Below are positions 18,013 through 27,547 of a stretch of 64,000 bases of DNA, piece after piece. Location: the NCBI GenBank assembly GCA_964219495.1, contig CAXPQP010000025.1, forward strand, positions 25,440 to 89,439. Reading direction: 5' to 3'. Under the pieces are notes generated by a model that saw only the letters and a list, made by a program, of their open reading frames with translations, made no database searches and was not told the DNA's origin. Source of the stretch: Leeuwenhoekiella sp. GTDB taxonomy: Bacteria; Bacteroidota; Bacteroidia; Flavobacteriales; Flavobacteriaceae. The position numbers and the translations under genes were made by a program. The stretch's first letter is position 1. Each line of letters opens with the position of its first letter.

Positions 18013-19935
18013 ATGCGCGTAAAGCTTTATTTCTTCAACCTGTTACTTTGCACAGCTCCATTGTGGGCAACTTCAAACCCAATAACTCCGCAAAAATCTA
18101 AAATAGAGAAGGTCACTGTCTTTCTTCAAGGCGCTACAGTAGAACGATCTGCTGCGGTGAATGTGATGAGCGGCGTAAATGAATTGGTTTTCAACAACCT
18201 CTCTCCAGATATTGTAGAAAACAGTATTCAGCTACGCGGACTTGATAAAGCAAGTATTCTGTCAATTGCCTTTAATCTGGATTATCTGGACAAAAAAGAA
18301 TCTTCAGCAGAGTATGAAAAGCTGAAAACAGATCTTGACAACTTATTATTTGATCGTAGTGCTCTGCAAAATTCGATTGCAGGTTTTGAACGCGAACTCC
18401 ATCTCCTGACTGAAAATCAAAAGATAAATAGCGATAATACAGATTTGTCTCTGGAAAAAGTAAAACAAATAAGCGCTTATTATCGGGAGCGCAGCACCGA
18501 AATTCAAAACACCATCTATAAGCTAAAGCGAGAGACGCAGGATTTAGATCGAAAAATAAACGACTACCGCCAGCAAATGAACAATCTGGAAGATTCGCGT
18601 AAAGAAACACGTGGCGAGATTACCATAAAACTGCAAAGTGATCTGGCAACAAGTTTAAATCTTGAATTATCCTATATCATTCAAAATGCAGGTTGGTTTC
18701 CGCTATACGATATCCGTGCAGAAAATGATTCGAGTCCCATTCAGCTTAATTACAAAGCCAATGTTTACCAGCAAAGTGGGATAGACTGGCAGGAAGTAAA
18801 ACTGGTGCTTTCAACAGGTGATCCCAACACCAATAATTTCAAGCCCAATCTGGAACCTAAATACCTCAACTTTGTAAGTCGTAACTATCGCAATACTTCT
18901 GCAGTAAGCCGTAGCAATTACAAATACAATCCAACCCTTCGCAGTGTTTCAGGTATAGTAACCGATGATTCTGGCGAAGTTCTACCAGGAGTGAATGTTG
19001 TTCAAAAAGGCACATCTAATGGAACACAAACAGATTTTGATGGTCAATATAGACTGAATATTGAAGGAAATGGCGGGCAGGATTTAGTCTTTAGCTATTT
19101 AGGTTTTGACACCCAGTCTAAACCCATTTATAGTTCAATGATGAATGTACAATTAGAAGCCACCGAAGAAGCTCTTGATGAAGTTGTTGTAGTCGGCTAT
19201 GGTAAACACAAGAAAAGTGATATTTCAGGAGCACTAGCAGGTAAAGTATCTGGTGTACAAATTAGAGGAGCTTCATCCTTATCAAAACCAGAATCCTACA
19301 ATGAGACTGTTGAAGCAAAACAGGAAAGCTTAACCAATACCCGTTTTGAGATTAAAAAGCGTTATACCATTGTTTCAAATCCAGATATCACCACCATAGA
19401 AATCGATCAATTTGAATTGCCGGCGAGCTACCAGCACTATGCTGCTCCTGAGCTTAATGAGAACGTGTTTTTAACGGCTACAGTTACAGACTGGGAACGT
19501 TATGATTTACTTCAGGGAGAAGCCAATATTTACTTTGAGGGGAGCTATGCAGGAAAAACAGCAATTAGTCCCCTGGCTACCACAGACAGTCTCGAGGTTT
19601 CTTTAGGAATAGATCCCAACATCATTGTAAAACGCGAAAAGAAAGACAATTTTAAAAGCAAATCGCTTTTAGGTTCTACACGCGTTGTTGATAAAGCCTA
19701 TGAGATTAGCGTACGCAATAATAAAAGCACGGCTATAAATCTAGTATTAGAAGATCGTATACCAGTAACACAGAATAAAGACATCAAAGTATCTGATCAG
19801 GAAACCGGAGATGCATCATACAAAGAAGAAACCGGTATTCTGAAATGGGTACTGAAACTGGACCCTAAAGCTTCAGCTACTAAAAGTTTCTCCTACCAGG
19901 TACGTTATCCACGAGGTCGAAATATTAATCTTTAA
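18013..19935 (+). CDS. DUF4140/DUF4139 (MuiA-like) secreted protein with inserted CarbopepD_reg_2 (SusC N-terminal-type) domain
   Basis: KVTVFLQGATVER, AGWFPLYDIR, VYQQSGIDW, LLQGEANIYFEG, LSLGID-like segment; internal LPGVNV...GTQTDFDG...LDEVVVVGYG. Confidence 0.8.
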   Translation: MRVKLYFFNLLLCTAPLWATSNPITPQKSKIEKVTVFLQGATVERSAAVNVMSGVNELVFNNLSPDIVENSIQLRGLDKASILSIAFNLDYLDKKESSAEYEKLKTDLDNLLFDRSALQNSIAGFERELHLLTENQKINSDNTDLSLEKVKQISAYYRERSTEIQNTIYKLKRETQDLDRKINDYRQQMNNLEDSRKETRGEITIKLQSDLATSLNLELSYIIQNAGWFPLYDIRAENDSSPIQLNYKANVYQQSGIDWQEVKLVLSTGDPNTNNFKPNLEPKYLNFVSRNYRNTSAVSRSNYKYNPTLRSVSGIVTDDSGEVLPGVNVVQKGTSNGTQTDFDGQYRLNIEGNGGQDLVFSYLGFDTQSKPIYSSMMNVQLEATEEALDEVVVVGYGKHKKSDISGALAGKVSGVQIRGASSLSKPESYNETVEAKQESLTNTRFEIKKRYTIVSNPDITTIEIDQFELPASYQHYAAPELNENVFLTATVTDWERYDLLQGEANIYFEGSYAGKTAISPLATTDSLEVSLGIDPNIIVKREKKDNFKSKSLLGSTRVVDKAYEISVRNNKSTAINLVLEDRIPVTQNKDIKVSDQETGDASYKEETGILKWVLKLDPKASATKSFSYQVRYPRGRNINL

Positions 19936-19946
19936 GTTTTCCAATT

Positions 19947-21083
19947 TTAATTAAATATCTGACCGAGGTTTAGCAATCCCGGACTTTGCACATCAGGGCC
20001 GTCCCAATCAAAATCGGCGTATGAATTACCGGTGCCTATAAGTTTTAAACTGTAACCTATAGGAACCGTTGTTGGCATAGAAACCCCTATATCTACTGCG
20101 GTCATACCTGCTGCTGCACCAATGGTCGCTACAAAACTGCCTTCATAACTTATGAATTGCATAACGTTACCTAAAGGATCTACAAGTGCAATTCCATCAG
20201 GTCCATTTTGCATATTTAGAGGAATTTTCATGGTACCATAACCCGCTTGCTGGTTGGGAATCGTACCACTTAGAGTTACAGTTTTAATTATTCCTCCATC
20301 AGATCCGTTATAATGTATAATTTGATAACCGGTGACATCGAGGGCGTTCCCGGCTACTTCTACAAACTCATCTGCTGTGATATCGGTACCGGTATTTTCA
20401 TATCTAAATTCATTAATCCATAGTTTAAGGTCATCGTCAATAATACCGAGAGTATGTATGTTTTGTAAACCAATTTGGGGTGTACCATCGCCCCCCACCA
20501 CAGCATCTATCGTAAAAACAATATTTGAATTACCTTGAATTAAAGAGTTATTCAAATAGGAAAAGGCTGAAGTAGTGGTAAAGCTGTCATATCCTCTGGA
20601 AATTGCAATAGTTACCGGTCCATCCTGAGCAAGATGCGTATAATCACTTGCACTTATCGTGAGTGTAAGACTATTAAATGGCGACGGATTTTCAACAGAA
20701 AACGTAAGCGGTATGCCGCCGCTATTCTCGAGAATTGTTTGCTTTGCTGAAGTAAAAGAAACTATAGATGATTCTGAAGAAGTACTGAGGCAATAAACAT
20801 TTTTAAAATTGACCCCATCCCACATTTTTAGACAGCGCTCGACTCCCGGTTCGTTGTAAAATACCACTAGGCCTATATCGGCAATCGTTGCCCGGGAAGC
20901 CAGATCATTCAATGCTTCGGGAGTAGAAATACGGGGAGGCATCAACCCTCTAAAACTCCCATCTGAAGCGGTGCTGCTAACTTCAAGCATTGCAGATGCA
21001 CTTGGGGTCGTTGTGCCTATGCCAACCTGGGCATTGAGCGATAAACTAATAAAACTTAGAATTGAAAATAAAACTCTCATCAC
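19947..21083 (-). CDS. Secreted protein: VGIGT N-domain, Calx-beta/Ig-like middle, lamin-tail-like C-domain
   Basis: Signal peptide then QVGIGTTTP...LEVSS...GLMPPR; WINEFRYENTGTD...EFVEVAG; NGPDGIALV. Confidence 0.6.
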   Translation of the reverse strand: MMRVLFSILSFISLSLNAQVGIGTTTPSASAMLEVSSTASDGSFRGLMPPRISTPEALNDLASRATIADIGLVVFYNEPGVERCLKMWDGVNFKNVYCLSTSSESSIVSFTSAKQTILENSGGIPLTFSVENPSPFNSLTLTISASDYTHLAQDGPVTIAISRGYDSFTTTSAFSYLNNSLIQGNSNIVFTIDAVVGGDGTPQIGLQNIHTLGIIDDDLKLWINEFRYENTGTDITADEFVEVAGNALDVTGYQIIHYNGSDGGIIKTVTLSGTIPNQQAGYGTMKIPLNMQNGPDGIALVDPLGNVMQFISYEGSFVATIGAAAGMTAVDIGVSMPTTVPIGYSLKLIGTGNSYADFDWDGPDVQSPGLLNLGQIFN

Positions 21084-21206
21084 TTACCTATTTAAATTAA
21101 ATGGTAAGTCAAGTCATCAAGTTGTGTAGGGCCAACACTTTTAGGTAGCTGGGTATGACCAATTTAGAAAATAAACAAATACAAAATCTGTAAATTTTTA
21201 AAGTTT

Positions 21207-22658
21207 TTATTTTTCTTCTTCAATGTCAAAAGCAGCGTCTGGCTCTTTATCAGGATTATAGTTAAACAAGCCTTCACCCTTTGCAATTACTGAAGATACA
21301 GTCGCATCACCCGTAACATTCACCACCGTTCTGCACATATCAAGAATACGATCTACTGGGAAAATAATACCTATCCAGGCCGGATTTAAACCTACAGATT
21401 CAAGCACGATGATGAGCATAACCAAACCTGCACTTGGCACAGCAGCCGAACCGATAGAGGCCAAAGTTGCTGTAAGAACAATTGTTAATTGCTGTCCAAA
21501 AGTTAGATCTATCATATGCAGTTGTGCAAGAAAAACCACAGCAACAGCCTGATACAAACACGTGCCGTCCATATTTACTGTGGCACCTATAGGCAGGACA
21601 AAACTGGTCACCTTTTTGTCAACTCCTAAATTATCTTCTACGCATTCCATGGTGACCGGAAGTGTAGCTGCACTACTTGAGGTTGAAAACGCTAGCGTTT
21701 GTGCTGGTCCCATCGCTCTGAAAAAACCAAAATAAGATACTTTTCGTACAAATATTTTGAAGATTAGTGGGTAGATCACAAAAATCATCAAGGCTAAACC
21801 AAGCACAACCGTTAGTGAATACCAACTCAAACCTTTAAAGATTTCTACAACCTTTCCAATATCGTTACCTGCCATCTGACTTACAACACCTGCCAGTAAT
21901 GCGAAAACAAAAAATGGAGCGGCCTGCATAGTAAGATCAACCATTTTCAGGAATACTTCCATTATACCATCTACAGCACGGGTAACCGGAGCAGCTTTCT
22001 TAGGATCAATAAATAACATACTAATCCCAAAAAACAACCCGAAAAAAATGACCTGAAGCATTAAGCCATTATCGGCAAGGGAATTGAAAAAGTTATCGGG
22101 AACAATATCTACTAAGGGTTGTAGTGGACCTGCTCCTTTTGTCGCATCGGCAGTAGCCATTTTATCATTTACAGAAGCATCCTGAAGCTCGCTTCTTGAA
22201 AGATCTGAAATCTCCTTTGCCCGATCCATAAATTCAGGATCCTGGAGGTAATTAATTCCATCTTTAATCACATAACCTTCATCTGCCGCCCAAATTTCGT
22301 AGCCAATGCGATTATCAATTCGGCTTTGTTCATCTACCAGTTTTCCAGGACCGATAAGGTTAACCAGAAAAAGTCCCATTCCCACTGCAAGAACGGTGGT
22401 TACAAGATAGGCAAGGAGTGTCTTCCCTCCCATTCTACCTAAACTTGCAGGATCTCCTAGATTAGCAACACCACTTATAATTGAGAAAAGCACCAGCGGA
22501 ACTGCAATAAGTTTGAGAAGATTGATGAAGATCTTTCCAAAAGGAGCGATCCAATCTATGGTAAACTGACTCCATCCTAATTGGCTAGAAATTAAGGCCC
22601 AGATTATACCAAGTACGAGACCAATAATTATCTTCCAATGTAGTGCGATTTTTTTCAT
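21207..22658 (-). CDS. Dicarboxylate/amino acid:cation (DAACS) symporter
   Basis: AFSTSSSAATLP, LPIGATVNMDG, SIGSAAVP, VDRILDMCRT. Confidence 0.95.
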   Translation of the reverse strand: MKKIALHWKIIIGLVLGIIWALISSQLGWSQFTIDWIAPFGKIFINLLKLIAVPLVLFSIISGVANLGDPASLGRMGGKTLLAYLVTTVLAVGMGLFLVNLIGPGKLVDEQSRIDNRIGYEIWAADEGYVIKDGINYLQDPEFMDRAKEISDLSRSELQDASVNDKMATADATKGAGPLQPLVDIVPDNFFNSLADNGLMLQVIFFGLFFGISMLFIDPKKAAPVTRAVDGIMEVFLKMVDLTMQAAPFFVFALLAGVVSQMAGNDIGKVVEIFKGLSWYSLTVVLGLALMIFVIYPLIFKIFVRKVSYFGFFRAMGPAQTLAFSTSSSAATLPVTMECVEDNLGVDKKVTSFVLPIGATVNMDGTCLYQAVAVVFLAQLHMIDLTFGQQLTIVLTATLASIGSAAVPSAGLVMLIIVLESVGLNPAWIGIIFPVDRILDMCRTVVNVTGDATVSSVIAKGEGLFNYNPDKEPDAAFDIEEEK

Positions 22659-22889
22659 GTATATGTGTTTTAATGCCTGAGCTGAAAGATAAACAAATTC
22701 CCTATCTGGTGTAAGTATCCGAGTGTTTTTGATGCAGAATTGTTAGTAAATCACACTTTTTGTAGAAAAAAATTTAAGAGCTAACTGAAGTAATCTGTCT
22801 TAGAGTAAGCCAGTAAGGTTTTCTATAAAGGCTATTCTTTCTTCGTTGTGATGAGCACGAGAGAATTATTAAATTTAAGAGGAAGCAAT

Positions 22890-22927
22890 AAAAAAAAAGC
22901 TTCAGTTTTTTACTGAAGCTTTTCTTT
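22890..22927 (-). terminator. Intrinsic terminator after aroC
   Basis: AAAAGCTTCAGT-loop-ACTGAAGCTTTT; the A-run gives a U-tract on the minus strand. Confidence 0.85.
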
Positions 22928-22945
22928 ATAACCAGATTTTAAATC

Positions 22946-24010
22946 CTAAATCTTTGATCCCTTGTTCAATAGCATAAAATCTGCCAGAACAAGTGCTGCC
23001 ATTGCTTCAACAATAGGTACTGCGCGAGGAACAACGCAAGGGTCGTGACGCCCTTTACCCTGCATTTCAGTTTCGTTTCCGTCTTTATTTATGGTAGGTT
23101 GATTTTGCATAATGGTGGCTACAGGTTTAAAGGCAACCCGGAAATAAATATCCATCCCGTTGCTGATTCCTCCCTGAATACCGCCACTCAAATTAGTTTT
23201 GGTACTTCCATCGGTATTGAACAAATCGTTATGCTCGCTACCTAACATTGCAGCGCCATCAAATCCACTTCCGTACTCAAAACCTTTTACCGCGTTTATA
23301 GAAAGCATTGCCTTACCCAGCTCTGCGTGCAATTTGTCAAAAACAGGTTCGCCTAGTCCGACAGGTACATTTTTAATTACACACATCACGGTACCACCAA
23401 TGGTATCTCCAGCTTTACGAATCTCTTTGATCCTGTCGATCATTTTTTCGGCAAAAGCCTCGTCCGGGCAACGAACAATGTTTGATTCAATTTTATCAAA
23501 ATCAAGTTCCTGATAAGGCGTTGTCATACGTATCTCACCCACCTGATCTACAAAAGCGTTGATGGTAATACCTTTTAAAAATTGCTTGGCTATCGCTCCT
23601 GCCGCTACTCTACTCGCAGTTTCACGGGCTGAAGATCGACCGCCTCCGCGATAATCACGCACTCCGTATTTCTGATCGTAGGTATAATCTGCATGCGAAG
23701 GGCGGTAGGTATCTTTGATATGACTGTAATCGTGTGATTTTTGATTGGTATTTACGATGTTAAATCCAATAGGCGTACCTGTTGTTTTACCTTCAAAAAT
23801 CCCTGAAAAAAAGTTTACGCTATCGGGTTCTTTGCGTTGAGTTACAATCTTTGACTGTCCCGGTTTACGGCGCTCCATATCTTTATAAACCAAATCCAGA
23901 TCTATATCAATCCCTGCCGGGCATCCATCAATGATACCGCCTATTGCCTCGCCGTGCGACTCTCCAAAAGTGGTTAGCGTAAATAATTTTCCAAAAGTAT
24001 TACCTGCCAT
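22946..24010 (-). CDS. aroC: Chorismate synthase
   Basis: [39 protein letters not shown]. Confidence 0.98.
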   Translation of the reverse strand: MAGNTFGKLFTLTTFGESHGEAIGGIIDGCPAGIDIDLDLVYKDMERRKPGQSKIVTQRKEPDSVNFFSGIFEGKTTGTPIGFNIVNTNQKSHDYSHIKDTYRPSHADYTYDQKYGVRDYRGGGRSSARETASRVAAGAIAKQFLKGITINAFVDQVGEIRMTTPYQELDFDKIESNIVRCPDEAFAEKMIDRIKEIRKAGDTIGGTVMCVIKNVPVGLGEPVFDKLHAELGKAMLSINAVKGFEYGSGFDGAAMLGSEHNDLFNTDGSTKTNLSGGIQGGISNGMDIYFRVAFKPVATIMQNQPTINKDGNETEMQGKGRHDPCVVPRAVPIVEAMAALVLADFMLLNKGSKI

Positions 24011-24168
24011 AACATGTATTTGAGCGGCGAAATTAAAATGTTTTCGCCTAAAAGCCTTGCTATAAATTGTCTAATTGAAACTAAAACTGTGAAAAGACTA
24101 AAATTATTTAATGCTTACCTAATATCCAGGTAACACCAAATGAGGTTATTTGTTAAAAATAAACTTCT

Positions 24169-24993
24169 TTGAAACGTAAAGTTCATCTCGTTGTCCTCTC
24201 AGACGTGCACCTGGGCACCTACGGTTCGCAGGCTAAAAATCTGGTAAATTACCTGCAAAGTATAAATCCCAAAACCCTTGTGCTTAACGGAGATATTATA
24301 GATATCTGGCAGTTTAGGAAACGGTATTTCCCAAAATCACATCTGCAGGTGATAAAAAAGATCATTTCGTTAGCTGCCAAAGGAACTAAAGTTTATTACA
24401 TCACAGGAAACCACGATGAGAAATTGCGCAAATTTAGTCCAGTGGTTTTGGGAAATATTTCGGTGCTTGATAAACTGGTTTTAAATCTCGATGGAAGAAA
24501 GGCGTGGATTTTCCATGGAGATGTTTTTGATGCATCGATACAGCACACCAAATGGATTGCAAAGCTGGGCGGTTGGGGCTATGATTTTTTAATTGTGCTG
24601 AATAGTTTTATCAACTTTTGCCTCGTTCAATTGGGAAGACCGAAATATTCACTTTCCAAAAAAATCAAGAACAGCGTCAAAAAAGCAGTGAGCTTTGTGT
24701 CCAATTTTGAAGATACAGCCGCCGAACTCGCCATCGAAAATCACTTTGATTATGTGATCTGCGGACACATTCACCAACCGCAAATGCGAGAAATCAAAAC
24801 TGAAAAAGGCTCCTGCCTTTACCTCAACAGCGGCGATTGGATCGAGAATCTTACAGCCCTCGAATACCACAACAAAACCTGGTCACTGATGGAATATGAA
24901 AAGCAAAGCCTTGGCTTGATTCAGGAAGATGAATCGGTTAATACAGAGATTGACCCGGTTGCGCTATTGGCTTCGATAAAAGCTTTTGGTTAA
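24169..24993 (+). CDS. LpxH-like metallophosphoesterase (PlcP-like subgroup); TTG start
   Basis: SDVHLG, NGDIIDIW, GNHD, FHGD, CGHIH, YLNSGDWIE. Confidence 0.8.
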   Translation: MKRKVHLVVLSDVHLGTYGSQAKNLVNYLQSINPKTLVLNGDIIDIWQFRKRYFPKSHLQVIKKIISLAAKGTKVYYITGNHDEKLRKFSPVVLGNISVLDKLVLNLDGRKAWIFHGDVFDASIQHTKWIAKLGGWGYDFLIVLNSFINFCLVQLGRPKYSLSKKIKNSVKKAVSFVSNFEDTAAELAIENHFDYVICGHIHQPQMREIKTEKGSCLYLNSGDWIENLTALEYHNKTWSLMEYEKQSLGLIQEDESVNTEIDPVALLASIKAFG

Positions 24994-27314
24994 TCCAGAA
25001 TCTTCAATTTCGCAAAGCGTAATAACAACTTCTTGATTCCGCCGGTCTGAAAACGAATTTCCGCTTTTTGATCCTGTCCAATTCCTTCAAGGCTCAACAC
25101 TTCTCCCTGACCAAAACGGCTATGCTCAACACGCATTCCCTTAGCCAGATTTCCATTTAAGTCATCTGTTTGTACACTGCTGGAAGTAGATTGTGGTCTT
25201 AGCTTACGCAGCTTTTGCAGTTGCTCCTCGGTAGGTTTACCAACCGTTGGAGGAGCACCACTTACAGGCTTTTTGAGACGTAATTTGCTCTTATCGGGTT
25301 CGCCAAAAATGTCGCTATCGATCATCGGTTTATAGCGATAGGTATCCATCGGCGTTTGAATATCCAAAAACTTCTCATCAATCTCCTCTATAAAGCGGCT
25401 GGGTTCTGCATCGATAAGTTTACCCCAGCGGTAGCGCGATTCGGTATACGTAAGATAGGCCTGTTTTTCAGCCCGTGTAAGTGCCACGTAGAATAGGCGG
25501 CGTTCTTCTTCGAGTTCGCTTCTGGTATTCATACTCATCCCACTCGGGAACAAATCTTCTTCGAGTCCTACGATATATACATATGGAAATTCAAGTCCTT
25601 TAGCCAGGTGAATGGTCATTAGCGACACACGATCTACATCGTCAATATCCTTATCCATATCGGTCGCGAGGGCTACATCTTCCAGAAATTCGGTAAGGCT
25701 TCCGGTGGCATCTGCGATTTCCTTTTGTCCTTCAACAAAATCGCGCATACCGTTCAACAATTCTTCAATATTCTCAATACGCGCAATACCCTCTGGAGTA
25801 CCGTCTTTTTTCAGCTCCTGAAGCAATCCGGTTTTACGAGCCACTTCTTCTGCCACAACAAAAGCATCGGCATTTTCTGAAGTAATCTGAAAACTTCGAA
25901 TCATATTAACGAAATTGTTCAGCTTGTTTTTGGTGCTCGAATTTATCTTGATATCCAGATGCTGAATATTTTCCATCACCTCAAAAATAGATCTACCATA
26001 CTGCTTAGAAGCGATTACCAGACGGTCTATGGTAGTCTGACCAATTCCGCGGGCGGGATAGTTAATCACACGCTTTATAGCTTCCTCATCGCTAGGGTTA
26101 ATCAATAGGCGGAGATAAGCCAAAACATCTTTGATTTCCTTACGTTGGTAAAATGAAAGACCTCCAAAAATACGATACGGGATTTCGCGCTTGCGCAACG
26201 CGTCTTCCATAGCTCTGGATTGGGCATTGGTACGATAGAGGATCGCAAAATCACTATGTTTTAGCTGATTGTTCATCTTATTCTCAAAGATGCTACTCGC
26301 CACATAGCGCCCCTCTTCCCCATCGGTAAGGGAGCGATGGACTATGATTTTTGGCCCTTCGTCATTTGCGGTCCAAACTACCTTATCAAGTTTTGTCTTA
26401 TTATGCTCAATCACCGAGTTTGCAGCCTCAACAATATTTTTTGTTGAGCGGTAATTCTGTTCCAGACGGTAAACTTTTACGTCATCATAATCCCGTTGAA
26501 AGTTGAGAATGTTGTTGATGTTCGCTCCGCGGAATGCGTAAATACTCTGCGAGTCATCACCCACCACACAAATATTCTGAAAGCGATCTGCCAATGCCTT
26601 TACGATAAGATATTGAGAGTGGTTGGTATCCTGGTACTCATCTACCAATATGTACTGAAAGCGCTTTTGATATTTCGCTAAAACCTCAGGAAAACGAGCC
26701 AGGAGTTCATTAGTGCGCAACAGTAAGTCATCAAAGTCCATCGCGCCGGCCTTAAAACAGCGGTCAACATATTCCTTATATATCTCACCTAAACGTGGCT
26801 TTTTAGCCATTGCATCGGCTTCCTGTAATTCCGGATTTTGAAAATAAGCCTTAACCGTAATCAAACTGTTTTTAAAAGAAGATATGCGACTGTGAACCTG
26901 CTTATACTTATAAATATCTTTATCAAGTCCCATTTCTTTAATAATCGCCGAAATAAGACGCTGGGAATCCTGAGAATCGTAAATCGTAAAGTTGGGAGGA
27001 AAACCTAAATGATGCCCTTCAATGCGTAAAATCTTAGCAAAAACCGAGTGGAAAGTACCCATCCATAGGTTTTTTGCCTCGCTATTACCCACGATAGTAC
27101 CAATACGGTGTTTCATCTCACGCGCAGCCTTGTTGGTAAAGGTTAGCGCCAAAATATTAAAGGCATCAACCCCTTGCTGCATCAAATAGGCAATACGCAT
27201 CGTGAGTACACGGGTTTTACCCGAGCCTGCACCCGCAATAACCATCATCGCTCCATTTTTCTGCAAAACCGGTGCACGCTGTGCATCATTCAATCCTTCT
27301 ATGAGTGCCTCCAA
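24990..27314 (-). CDS. pcrA: PcrA/UvrD superfamily 1 DNA helicase
   Basis: AGAGSGKT, LTFTNKAA, VDEYQDTN, QNYRS, EERRLFYVALTRA, C-terminal Tudor-like HSRFGQG. Confidence 0.95.
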   Translation of the reverse strand: MEALIEGLNDAQRAPVLQKNGAMMVIAGAGSGKTRVLTMRIAYLMQQGVDAFNILALTFTNKAAREMKHRIGTIVGNSEAKNLWMGTFHSVFAKILRIEGHHLGFPPNFTIYDSQDSQRLISAIIKEMGLDKDIYKYKQVHSRISSFKNSLITVKAYFQNPELQEADAMAKKPRLGEIYKEYVDRCFKAGAMDFDDLLLRTNELLARFPEVLAKYQKRFQYILVDEYQDTNHSQYLIVKALADRFQNICVVGDDSQSIYAFRGANINNILNFQRDYDDVKVYRLEQNYRSTKNIVEAANSVIEHNKTKLDKVVWTANDEGPKIIVHRSLTDGEEGRYVASSIFENKMNNQLKHSDFAILYRTNAQSRAMEDALRKREIPYRIFGGLSFYQRKEIKDVLAYLRLLINPSDEEAIKRVINYPARGIGQTTIDRLVIASKQYGRSIFEVMENIQHLDIKINSSTKNKLNNFVNMIRSFQITSENADAFVVAEEVARKTGLLQELKKDGTPEGIARIENIEELLNGMRDFVEGQKEIADATGSLTEFLEDVALATDMDKDIDDVDRVSLMTIHLAKGLEFPYVYIVGLEEDLFPSGMSMNTRSELEEERRLFYVALTRAEKQAYLTYTESRYRWGKLIDAEPSRFIEEIDEKFLDIQTPMDTYRYKPMIDSDIFGEPDKSKLRLKKPVSGAPPTVGKPTEEQLQKLRKLRPQSTSSSVQTDDLNGNLAKGMRVEHSRFGQGEVLSLEGIGQDQKAEIRFQTGGIKKLLLRFAKLKILD

Positions 27315-27491
27315 AACAATCTAATTTTTAATTTTTTCTCCTTCTAAACACAAGAGCGGAAAAATAAGGAAACTTCCCATTTTATTAGAATTACAAGCGG
27401 TTTAGTTATCAAGAATTTTTAAATGTGCAACGTCTTTCAAGTTATAATTCTATTATAAGTTTAAGAAAGAATTACTTTTTCAATAGACTTA

Positions 27492-27519
27492 AACGCAACC
27501 ATTTAACATTAATGCATCT
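27492..27519 (+). promoter_or_regulatory. Candidate ECF-sigma promoter of the vWA lipoprotein
   Basis: GCAACC-N13-GCATCT; the 15-mer AACGCAACCATTTAA recurs at 34929. Confidence 0.5.
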
Positions 27520-27547
27520 GTATTTATAGCAACCAACAAAATTTGTT

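Noticed and set aside
22659-22889. Possible small ORF or remnant between aroC and the DAACS symporter (reads RAHHNEERIAFIENLTGLL on the minus strand)
   Set aside because: No in-frame start before upstream stop codons; too short to assign.
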